Shown in pieces: positions 52,377 to 64,000 of a stretch of 64,000 bases of DNA. Source of the stretch: the human T2T-CHM13v2.0 reference genome, Homo sapiens; assembly GCF_009914755.1 (NCBI RefSeq), contig NC_060942.1; one strand, 5' to 3'. The position numbers were made by a program, and so were the translations under genes. The notes under the pieces were generated by a model, which was not told the DNA's origin, made no database searches, and was given only the letters and a program-made list of their open reading frames with translations. Every line of letters starts with the position of its first letter. Position 1 is the stretch's first letter.

Positions 52377-53959
52377 AGCAATATACTGCAGGCTCATCTT
52401 GTATATTTTACACCCCAATCTTAGAATCAACCATTTCTTGAAGGAACACTGCTTCCTGTTATTGGAGAATGGTATTGGAAGTAAAAATTTGGCCATTAGG
52501 TGTGCTCATTGCTGCTGAGGTGTTGTTTCTTTTAGATCCTCTGCACTGAAAGATCAAGGAAATATGTGTGTATACTAACCCTATATGTACACATATCTAT
52601 ACATGTTTACATATGTGTAACCATCTATATTTAAATTAAGCTAAACATGAGATTATACTCGTGTCTCCAACCCTAATACATTACAGGCCAACTTTATTTT
52701 AACTTAACAGGTTTATATGGGAAAGACATGAGAAGGAAGAACAGGCAACACAGTGTTCCTACTTTGGGGTTGATGAGTCCACAGACTACACCAAGCTCTC
52801 ACAGGATGTAATGAAGGAATAAAACACATCCTGTAGTAACAACTTTCAACTTTATTATTTACTAGGGTTACACTTCAAATACTTTTAGTGTAACATGCAG
52901 AAAATAAATACTTTGCAACTGAAGTCCATTATCTTCAATAAGAGAGTTTTAAGGATCTTCTAACTTTAGAAGAAGGCCTCAAACACAGACCTACTGGGAG
53001 AAAGCTATAAGAAAAGTATCTCAGTCTATGCTCATTTTACTTTTATAGTCCATGGCTTTTGACAACCACTGGAAGTTTCTATAAGAGGGGTGATTACAGC
53101 TACAGTTCACCTAATGGATCACTGACCAGTGGGAGTGAGAGGAAAGAACATAGGACCTAGACTAGAAAGAAAATGGACTTTAGGCTCACTTTCATCATTT
53201 ATTGGTAACACAAGTATCCCAGTGTGTCTAAACCTTAGTTTTTTCATAGAGTAGATAATATTAATTCCTACAAAATTTATTTTAAGTGGCAGTGTAATAA
53301 TTAAGAAAACTGTGAAGTGTGAAAGTAATTTGTGAAATAATAAAACAATACAAAATAATTATTATTTATATTATCTTTAGTGGGAGGAGATCATACCCAT
53401 TGGGTAATTGGAGATGCCATAGCATAGTGGGCAAGAATGTGGACCTGAACTACGCAATTTACTAATTGTGTGAAATAAGGCCAGACAGACCCTTAATTTC
53501 TCTGAGATTCACTTTTCTTATAGGTCAAATGGGGTTCATTTATCCTATAAGCTCATTGTAAGGATTTGATGGGAGAATTCCCTGTACATGGAAAATACTC
53601 AACGTTGGTTTAGTAAACTCCAAATAATTGATTCACAAGACAACTAAGTAATAAATCTATCCACAAGTTAACTTTCCTTGGATTTCAGTTTAATCATCTG
53701 TGGGGTGGGAAGGGGATTGTGTGGTTGCTAATGTCCTTTCTTTCCAGCTCTAAAGTTCATATTCTGAATCTCTCTGTTTTTTGGAAATGCTGATTGGTGC
53801 ATGGGATACAGGATCCCAGCTCGTAACAGGGCCTGGGTAAATTCCCTTGAAATAAGTGGAGGGATTGGGCCTCCCAACTTAGCTATGAGGGGCCACAGAA
53901 AAACTACACCCCAGTTGAGTGATGAGAGGCAATTGTCCACTAGAAAGGCACTTCACTCT

Positions 53960-54800
53960 CATGGGCCCCCTCCAAGGGTCTAGGAGGGGCACTCGCAATG
54001 TGTAAAATTTACAAAAATGAGATTTTTTTTTTACTGTAATCAACTAAGAGTGCTATTTCCACTCTGACTTCCCCTCATGTCAGTTGGCTTTGGAGGAGTT
54101 GTGAATATTTTGAGACATAGCTAAAGGGAAGTTGATTTGGGAATCTGGTTTGGATTGATGTAGAAGGGTGCATTTATGTGGTTCACAATTGCTTCCATGT
54201 AGAGTTAAATTGTTGCAAGCTGACCTGATGTAGGAAGGACTACTAGGAATATTCTGAATTCCCACTGTGCTGACTTGCACAGCAACAAGACATGAAACTC
54301 TAGAGAAACTTTGAGAAGCTGAAAAAAAACTTTCTAAGCTATTAATAATTTTAAAAATTAAAATTTTTTCTTAGTTTTTTTTTTTTTTTTTTGAGACACA
54401 GTCTTTCTTTGTCACCCAGGCTGCAGTGTAGGACATGATCACCACTAACTGCAGGCTCGACTTCCCAGGCCTCAGAGATCCTCCCACCTCAACCTCCCAA
54501 GTAGTTGTGACCCCAGGTGCCTGACACCACACCTGAGGTTTTTGTTTTGTTTTGTTTTGGTAGAGATAGGGTCTCCCCATGTTTCTCATTCTGGTCTTGA
54601 ACTCCTGGGCTCAAGTTATCTTCCTGCCTCAGCCTTAGAAAACAAATTTTGATCAATCATGTTAGAAGACAGATTAACTGATCTACTTTTTTTCCCTCTA
54701 GAAAATGGTGTTATAAAATCTTTGTCATTTTGCTACTTTAATAGTATGAAGCCAAAATTTCAGGGAAAGGAGTATCATAGAGATCTGTCACACAGTTAAT
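53960..54800 (+). mobile_element. hAT-Tip100 (Zaphod/MER115-like) fossil with decayed transposase C-terminus
   Basis: Around the Alu the plus strand reads NFSKLLII...NKF*SIMLEDRLTDLLFFPLENGVIKSLSF, resembling the hAT dimerisation motif ERSFSKLK.IK...RSTM..ERL..L. Confidence 0.55.
54375..54634 (-). mobile_element. AluJ, 5'-truncated
   Basis: Diverged Alu with J-type gatcctcccacctcaacctccc and ctcctgggctcaag. Confidence 0.85.
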
Positions 54801-55352
54801 TAGTTAATCTTACATTATTTTCCTGGACTTGGCAATGTTTATGGTATTGTTAGCTTTAAAAATTTGTAAGTTATGCACCATAGAATGTGTATCTGCCCCT
54901 GTATCTACCCTACGTTTGCTTCTTTGAGAATCCTGCCAACACATAGAATCTGTAACAAGTAGCTGTGGATATAGATGGATTTCTCTGATACACAAAGATG
55001 TAGGACTGTATATAGATTTTTCTTTAGATTCTTCACATTTCAGGAATCTTCTCTTGAGAAATGAGAATTGGAAGCTCCTAGAGCCATACCTTCAGTCAGT
55101 ATTTTCCTTCTCCTAGGAATCCTGGGCTCTTAGGGTTTCTCCTTCTGTTTGTGCAACCTCCTCCCTTACTGGCCTAGAAGAATAGTGTGGCTCCCAAGGG
55201 CCCAATTTACTATTGGAAGCCACTTAGGAAATTAGCTTGTCACCCCTGGGAATTGGAGACTTGGACTTGCTTATTCTAGTTGTGCTGATTCATAGATGGA
55301 TTCAACTATGCATTTATCATTGATTCACTGATTTGTTCAACAAAACATTTAA

Positions 55353-55628
<276 letters not shown>

Positions 55629-58611
55629 AACATTTAATGTTATATGTAAGATGGCTTTTGTGTTTTTATGTGGATTCTTAGAACAAATATTTAGAGATTT
55701 GTACAGTGGAAGAACTGGCACTGCTAGAAAAGTTGATCATTTAAACCCTCTGTTACTCATCAATATGGTTCTGAAATCTACAGAGACCTGGGAACTCTTC
55801 CAGTATCATAACTTTAATCTGGTTTTTCTTGTAACTATGCAGATTCATGATGGCAACCTAGCTATCCCCACTCCAAACTGCTTTATTCCAATTGTCACAT
55901 GTCATCAACACTCAGAATCTGAGGGTGGATCATCTTGATTGCTAAATGAATCTCCTCATAAAAAGTAAAATTGACAAAAATGATTTAAAGTTTGCCGAAT
56001 TATTCTGTAAAGTGATGTATCATTGGTCAAAACACCTGAACAACAATTTAGGTGGTCAAGTTCTCTATCCTGGTGCAGACATAGTGATTTTATTTGTATG
56101 TATATGTCTATGTTTATATGTATATGTACATATACATATATAGTATGTATGTTACACAAATATATAGGTATTTACCCAATACATTTCTATGTATGTGCAT
56201 ATACACATATTTGTGCTATTGTAATTACTGCATATGTGCAATTCATAAAACTTAAGAATTATTTTACCCTTTCTTGGAGAGTATGTGCTGCTAAAATGTT
56301 GTTTTAGGACCTATGTGATAGCGTTAGTAGAGCAAAAATTATTGCCTGTCTCCTATGACCAGTGTGGATTTTACTATTTAAGAATGTATACACATATTTG
56401 CTCACTGTTTGTGAGTGTGCATTATTGGCACACTCAAATAATAATATTGGCATTATTTCCCAAGAGTGTGGCACCAGGTGGCAGATGCTGACATTAAGCA
56501 ACTAAAAGTATTTTGTTGTGCCCTCTAAATATTTCAAAGATGACAACATCAATCTCCTGAACCCAAATTTCTGTATGTCTCTGCCCCAAAGCATCGGGTG
56601 AATGGACGGAATATGCTTTAGGCAAATGAGCTTTAGGAGTCCATCTCTGGCATCCAGGCAGCAAACAGTGGCAAATGAATCTTAGCTGCAGAGTCAGTTA
56701 GAGTGTGGTTGATAATTCCACCCTCTAACAACTGCAGATAACATCAACCTGTTACACAGTAGCCTAGTGAAATTAACTGAAGGCTGTGCCTTTATTCCAG
56801 TATCCTCTTCCCATTGGAGGTGCTGTCGTGTTCTTTCTTCTCCGTTCTCTACTGAGAAGATATGCAGTTCCACTACAAGGGCCCAAGGTAGCTTAAATAA
56901 TTTCTGCAAGTTATAGCTTACAGTAAGCTTTCATGCACTTACTCTGCTGGAGAAAATGAATTTACTACATGGAATCACACTCCTCTGAAAATATCTCTGG
57001 GTCTCCGCAACCTACAGATATATAACAAGCAAAAGAGTACTTACAGACACTGATCTATTAAGCCATTTTCCTAAAATACCTACAGTCTCTTCATATGAAA
57101 CAGAAAAAAAATCATTAAAGCTATGGTTTGCCAGACAATTACTTTGTCAAATCTCAAGAAATTGCATAATAAATTGTATACATGCATCAAACATGAACAG
57201 CAGAGGACTATAACAAGCTATGTATTTCCAATCCACTTGCTCTTTCATCCAAACAGTAGCTTTTGTTTTTGAGAACAGTTCTATATTCTTTTTAAAGGGT
57301 TTCATAAAATATGGCTATACATTTATCTATCAAACAAAGTAGAAATAACTGAAACACTTAATATGCACAGTAATAGGGAAATGCATGAATAACTTCAATA
57401 TTAATGTCTATTGATTATTTATGTTTTCAAATAGGCAAATGTAGCTGCTAGTATTCTTATCATGTAAATCTATATGTGTATTTTGGCTTTACCTGTTTAT
57501 TGGCAAATTTACAGTCCACTTTATGGGCATTTTTATTGCTTTACACACTTACTTGATATGCACATAACCAAGGTCAGTTTACAAACTGACTAGTGTTTAC
57601 TCAATTTGATTACTATGTTACATTTCTGAGCTTATTTTCCCTTTGGAAAATTAACTGTGCAAAGAAGCCTAGTAAATCTTTACTTAAAAATTCCAAACTT
57701 TAGATTGATTTCAGCAGTGTGTTTGTATTGATCTCAAAAGCTTTGCGTTCCTAACTAAAAACTAATCTTTATTTCACCCTTTAGTGACTGTAGTCATAAA
57801 TATGCTCACTCTTACCAGGGTAGAGTGGATTAATGGTTATTGGAGATTGGGGCTTCCACTAAGTCTGGGAAACCTTAACCTTTGGAGGACAACATGAAGG
57901 CATTTACCCCTTGTCAGCTATAATCCCTAGTTCCTTTTTTGACATTTACCTGAGTGTTAAAGAGGAGGCAGAGCAGAGGCTAAGGAATAAAGCTCCAGAG
58001 ATTCTATTTGGCTATTAATCATCACTGTTAGATTGATTGTCAAGCCTGACCCTGGCTGCTTCTAGCCATCAGACTCACCACAAAGCATGACTCTGCTGCT
58101 CCACTCTGGAACCCAGGTTAACTCCTCCTGGGGAAGCTTTCTGCTGCTTGCCTTCAAGGAAGGACTTATTTCATTGCTAAAAATGCATCTGTCATTAATG
58201 TTTCAATCTTGCTGTACTGATGGAACAAACACTTGGGGAGCATGTCCAACCCATTTACAAGATCTAATTATGGAGAATAAAAGAGTTAAAAAGGGACAGA
58301 ACAGAATTTGTTACCACGGATAATCAGTAACAACTCAGGTGGCAGCAGACAGTTGGCTGACAAATGGTAATAATACTGTAAGGCAGTGTTTCTCAAAGTG
58401 TGGTCCTTGGCACCTCCTGAATCACAATAACCACTAAGCCTGCTAAATTAGAATCTCGAGGGTGCCAGAATTCTGGACTTTAACAAGTATTCCAAGTAGC
58501 TCTTACATTCCCCAAAGTGTGGGACCTACAGTATCATGTAGGTGTGCTTTGAGGTGCTGCCCCTTTTACCACTTTCTATGGTGGAAAGGAAGAATGTTAA
58601 TTTTCTTGGAC

Positions 58612-59094
58612 CTGATGGCATAAGTTACTATTTATTTACCCGATATTCATATTTCCCTTTCTCTTTAGTAATGGAAACTTAATTTTTACCTGAGCTCCTT
58701 GCTGCCCAGTTCACATTTCTCAACCTCCCTGACAGCTAGATGCAAAGGGGGCTTTTGTATGGGACTTACAAAATCTCCCTCAAAGGATGGGCATGTGGCC
58801 TTTTTCTTCCTTTCCTTCAATCTTCTGCTTAGAATGTGCCTCTATCTGCTGCAGCCCCAGTAGCATAGCCTGGACCACCACGAGGACAAGGCTCATACCT
58901 AGGATTGGTGGGCCAGAGAGCTTGAAGGGCCCTGGGTCTCTGAAGATTCTGTGAACCCACCGAACTAGTTCTGGATTGCCTATGACTGGACCTCTTTTAC
59001 ATGAAAAGAGTGAAATTTTGCATATTTCATCCCTTGTTGGGGAGGGTACAGGATCATTGTTATTCATAGATGAATGAGATTACTAACTGGCACA
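58612..59094 (+). mobile_element. MLT1J-like MaLR solo LTR
   Basis: cacatttctcaacctcccctgacagctagatg...gggccctgggtctctgaagattctgtgaac...ctggacctcttttacatgaaaagag...taactggcaca. Confidence 0.65.
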
Positions 59095-59939
59095 GAAACC
59101 CATTTAGGGTTATAAATTCACTTCAGGCTAAATTCTCCACTTCAGATGACCCCGACTTTTCCCAAGCATTATTATTGACTGTGAGGGTGAGAGTGTTTCT
59201 GAGTACTGGTAGTGATTTTGTTAAGTTTCTGTGGGCTCAGGAGTCAGAGGCATACTCCCAGTCTTGCTTACAATTGCAGAAAGGTATGTGTGCCTTTGGC
59301 TGTGCCCACAGAACGCAGGTTTGCAGTTGCAGCTGGCCAAGGGGGTTCTAGGGAGGGCAGCAGCCCCAAGGACACCTGTACATACAAGAATCTCGATTGC
59401 CTGTTAAAGCAATTGATCATTTAGTGGTGCCCTCTATGCTCCATGAAGTTAACCTTTATCAGACTTAAGGCAAAGACTGTTACATATGGATGAAATGCAG
59501 TGTCTTAAAGACATTCAAAGCTTCCTTAAACTGTTTCTTTTACCTTAAGGATGGAAAAATTGTATTTCTTTTCTCCTATTAGTGTTTTTATTTCTTCTAA
59601 TTCCAAATCTGATGCTATCAAGTCATTATCTTTGTGTAGAGATAGCCCTTCTAAACCTTACTGACTTTTAAGATAAGATGATGTGTAAATACAGCAAGCA
59701 AAGTAAGATTCTCTATTTCCTTCACTCGTTGGCCCAGTTATTAAAGTCATTTATTAGAGGCTTCTCTCTAACCCTACTTTCTTTTCTTTCACTTTCTGCT
59801 ATAAATGCAGTTACAACCATTAACACAATCACCTTTACTGATACATTGACTAATGGGATGGCAACAGATCCACTTGCATAAATAATTTTTTATTAAATTT
59901 CACATTCCAACATTTAGTGTGACCCTGGTTATGACAGAA

Positions 59940-60118
59940 CAGGGATTCACAAAGTGTGGTCCTTGGCATCAGCCTTATCTGAGAGCTTGTTAGACATGCA
60001 AATCATTGGATCCCACCCCAGACCTGAGTCAGAAACTCTGAAGGTGGGGCCCAGTAATTTTTGTTTTTAGAAGCCTTCTAGGTGATTCTGATGCCTGCTC
60101 AACTTTGAGAATCAGTGT
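59940..60118. mobile_element. MER5A
   Basis: caaagtgtggtcc...gagagcttgttagacatgcaaatcattggatcccaccccagacct...ggtgattctgatgc...tttgagaatcagtg. A more decayed copy lies at ~58384-58510. Confidence 0.85.
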
Positions 60119-60933
60119 TCTAGAATGAGTCTAGTCATATCTTCAAATCAATCCACCAAGAATGCTTACAAATTAATATTCCTTAACGTATCCACTCCAG
60201 TGAAATCCTAGAGAAACTCTCACATGTTGGCCATCAAACATTTAACTATATTATTACTTTTATCTCATCCATCTTCAGCCTACAGATAACTGGGCCAGGC
60301 AATAAGATGATTCAATTTGTACTAAAATAGCACTAATGATAATAACACCTTAAATTGTGTAGCACTTTTCAGTATTTAAAGTGCTAACACATATAAAATT
60401 TCACTTGATTATGCAATGGATTCAAATATACCATCTGAGTCAATACAATTTAATTGCAGGAAGGGAATCATAAACACAAACTGTTGCAGAGCCATGTCTT
60501 ACTCTTTTTTTTTGTCTCTATTTCTCTGCTTCTTTAGCATTAGAAACTATACTTGTTAAAATACATATTTTTAAATAAATGAACACCTAAATAATTAACT
60601 GTGATTGGCTGATGAATCTATGGGAGTTTTAAGTCCATTCCATCTGCACAGAGAGGAGATCTTATTTTAAAAGTTTCCATTTTCTAACTATAAATTTAAC
60701 ATTTAGACATTTGACAATGGTTAATACTTAACTGACTTACAGATGCACTGCAAAGATTGACTTATTGTCTTCATTTTAATAGAAAACACAAACTCAGGAT
60801 AGCTACTGAGTCACATGGATGAGACCAGTATTCTTTCTGTGTTATTCTTAAATACTATTAGATAGGAGAATATAATTTTTTGAGAACATAAATACAACAT
60901 GTAGGAATTGATTTAAATATTTTTAAGTACATT

Positions 60934-60985
60934 TATTATACTTATAAATTGGGGTATTGTACTTATAAATTGGGGTATTATACTT
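60934..60985. repeat. Tandem duplication of 21-mer TACTTATAAATTGGGGTATTR
   Basis: Two near-exact copies with partial flanks. Confidence 0.85.
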
Positions 60986-62765
60986 CCATAGTTTATTAAA
61001 TATAGCTTAAATAGTATTTTTAAAAAACATATTAAAAGTAAAAATTAAAAATAGTCTTAGAAGATGGGGGAAAATAAAGAACTTCTAAAAAAAACCCTAG
61101 CACCTAGCTAAATGCTAAGTTTCTAAAATGCATTAACCAAGTACCTTTCCAGGACTGTGATCCTAACCAAATATTTCAGGGTTTGCTAATATTCTTTGTT
61201 AGCTCTGTGACTCTTAAAAAATAACATCAATTCTAAGACTCTTAATCTTTTTGTAAGCTTTCCAAAAAAAAGCAAATCCCAAACCACAGTGTTTTGAAAC
61301 AAACTTCTGATAAATAATTTGGAGTATGTTCAATAAGAATAACACAAAATTAAATTTCCAAGAGTGTGTTTTAGTAGAAAAGATTTCAAGTTTTGGAGTT
61401 AGAAAACTGGGCTCAAGTTCCACCTCTGTAATTTACTAGCTATAAGGCCAAGTTATTGATTCCTCTAAACCTCCGTTTTCTCATCTAAAAATTGGGGGCA
61501 ATAATAATACTTGTCTTAGAGAGTTTTTAACCTCAAACAGAACTATGCATATTAATTTTCTAGCCTAATGACTAGCAAGCAGAAAGTCCTTCATACATAA
61601 TAGCTCTTATTGTTATAAAAGAAAATAAGATGGTACATGAAATAATTTATAAAAATAAACGGATGCATAAATACTGGTTGATATTGTTCAGTTGACCCTT
61701 GAACAAAGTAGGGGTCAGGTCCCCCACACAGTAAAAAATCTGCATATAACTTTTGACTCTCTAAAAACGTAACTACTAATAAACTACCATTGATGCGAAA
61801 ACGTTCTGATAACATAAACAGTCGATTAATGCACATTTTGTATGTTACATATATTATATACTGTATGCCTACAGTAAAGTAAGCTAGAGAAAAGAAAATA
61901 TTATTAAGAAAATAATAAGGCAGATAAAATATATTTACTATCCATTAAGTGGAAACAGATCATCATAAAGGTTTTTATGCTCATCATCTTTGAGTTTAGC
62001 AGGCTGTGAAGGAAGAAGAAGAAAAGGGATTGGTCTTGCTATCTCAGGGATGAAAGTGGTGGAGGGAGAAAGGCAGGCAAGAGAGGCAGACACACTGTGT
62101 AACTTTACAGAAATACATCATAATTTCTGTGTGAGTTTTTTGCTTTTTCATTTCTCTAAAAACGCTCCCAAACATTACCAGTTCTTCTTTCACCATTTGC
62201 TTTAGATTCAGTGCCCATATCATAGAAGGATCCATATCATAAAATAAGTCAAAAGCAGTCTTGAGTAATTAAAAAGCTTATGTCAGATTGTCTAGTGTCG
62301 GTTTGTTTTCTGGCACTGCAATTTTTATGTCTTCTATATCATCTGGCACAGGTACAGAAGCATTCATTTCCATCAAGTCGTCTTCTGTTCATTCCTCTGA
62401 TGTGGTGTCTGTTAGCTCTTCAATTTCTCCAAGATCCATATCTTGAAATCCTTCACACATCCCCACCTTTTTGCCATATCTACAATTTCTTTCATGATTT
62501 CCTTGATTGGCTCTGTCATAAATCCTGTGAAGTCATGAACAACAACTGGACATAGTTTTTTTAAGCAGTAATTTATTGTCTTGGGCTTGATAGTTTTCAT
62601 GGCTTTTTCTATAACAACAATGGCATCTTCAATGGTGTAATTCTTCCAGACTTTCATGATGTTCTCTCTATCAGGGTTCTCTTCCATAGAGTGTGTAATG
62701 AGCCTTAAAGGTCTTTATGATTCCTGATCTAGAGGCTGAATTAGAGATATTTTGTTTGGGGGTAG

Positions 62766-63168
<403 letters not shown>

Positions 63169-63534
63169 TTACTAGAAAAGTACTTCCTGACATCAAGGAC
63201 AAAGCATCAATGGAACCAATCCAGAAAAAGAGTTCTCATTTTCCAAGGCTTCTTACTGTACAACCAAAAGATTGGCAGCTGGTGCTTATCTTTTCCTTCA
63301 AGGCTCAAGAGTTAGCAGCTTTATACATAAGGGCAGTTTTGATGATAAACTCAACTGCATTGTCACAAAATCGTAGTTAGCCTATCTTTCCTGCCTTAAA
63401 TCCTAGTGCTCACTTCTCTGCCTTACTAATTAATGTCCTTTGTGTGTGTTTCCCACACCCCCCAAAATACGATACTTTCGTGTGCATTAAAAACCTGTTC
63501 AGGCAAATATCCTTTCTCCTCAATGATTTTCTTT

Positions 63535-63862
63535 TTTTCATTTAAAAAAAATTTTAACTTTTATTTTAGGTTAAGTGGTACATGTACAGGTTTGTTATAT
63601 AGGTAAACTCGTGACTTAAGGTTTGGTGTATGGATTATTTTGTCATCCATGAACTAAGCATAGTACCCAACAGTTCGTTTTTTTTTTTTTTTTTTTTTTT
63701 TGAACCTTTCCCTCCTTCCATCCTTCACCCTCAGTGGGCCCCCATGTCTGCTGTATTCTCATTATTTAGCTCCCATTTATAAGTGACAACATGTGGTATT
63801 TGGTTTTCTGTTCCTGCAATAGTTTGCTAAGGATAATGACCTCCAGTTCCATTCATATTCTC
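63535..63862 (-). mobile_element. L1PA-type 3' end fragment inserted in the Tigger
   Basis: taacttttattttagg...gtacatgtacaggtttgttatataggtaaactcgtg...tagctcccatttataagtgacaacatgtggtatttggttttctg. Confidence 0.85.
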
Positions 63863-64000
63863 CTCACTTTTTTAATGGCATCTGGGAAATTTGTCGGCTG
63901 TCTCTTGGTTGGCAAAAGCTGCCTCCCCTATTATCTTGACTCTTTTTTTTTTTTTTAAGCCAAATCTCTTTCTAAAATTATCAAACCGTCCTTTGCTGGT

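Larger units (their letters stand above)
51100..52685 (-). mobile_element. L1MC-type 3' UTR fragment, interrupted by simple repeats
   Basis: ttagatttacaggaaaattaagaagagaatacagagttctcatataccc...ggatcccatccaggagaccacat...ctcatcttgtatattttacaccccaatcttagaatcaaccatttc. Confidence 0.75.

Noticed and set aside
51953-52518. EGRK-rich and PSFL-rich ORFs of 127-158 aa
   Set aside because: Translations of the simple repeat.

Overview
Primate DNA, most likely human: a consensus-identical AluYa5-type fragment is present. The window holds the 5' part of KLHL14 (BTB-BACK-Kelch, Cullin-3 adaptor family; from recall, chr18q12.1) on the minus strand. Non-coding exon 1 ends at 42413. Exon 2 (40388-39399, 990 nt) carries the ATG at 40345 and encodes BTB+BACK. 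Exon 3 (11818-11697, 122 nt) starts Kelch repeat 1; later exons lie beyond position 1. A CpG island (~39.4-42.1 kb) sits in a ~10 kb stretch with no transposon I could recognise, and plus-strand splice signals just upstream fit an antisense/divergent lncRNA. The rest is intron or intergenic DNA with Alu, L1, L2, MIR, MaLR LTR, hAT and Tigger fossils and microsatellites. I found no prokaryotic system, CRISPR array or RNA gene. The best leads are: exon 2 would form a stop-free circular ORF if back-spliced, and is bracketed by complementary C-rich/G-rich tracts; the exon 3 donor can be hidden in a hairpin by a U1-like sequence; stacked uORFs in exon 1; an intronic TATA promoter candidate; and a very young truncated AluYa5. 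Repeat subfamily names come from recalled consensus sequences and boundaries are approximate.
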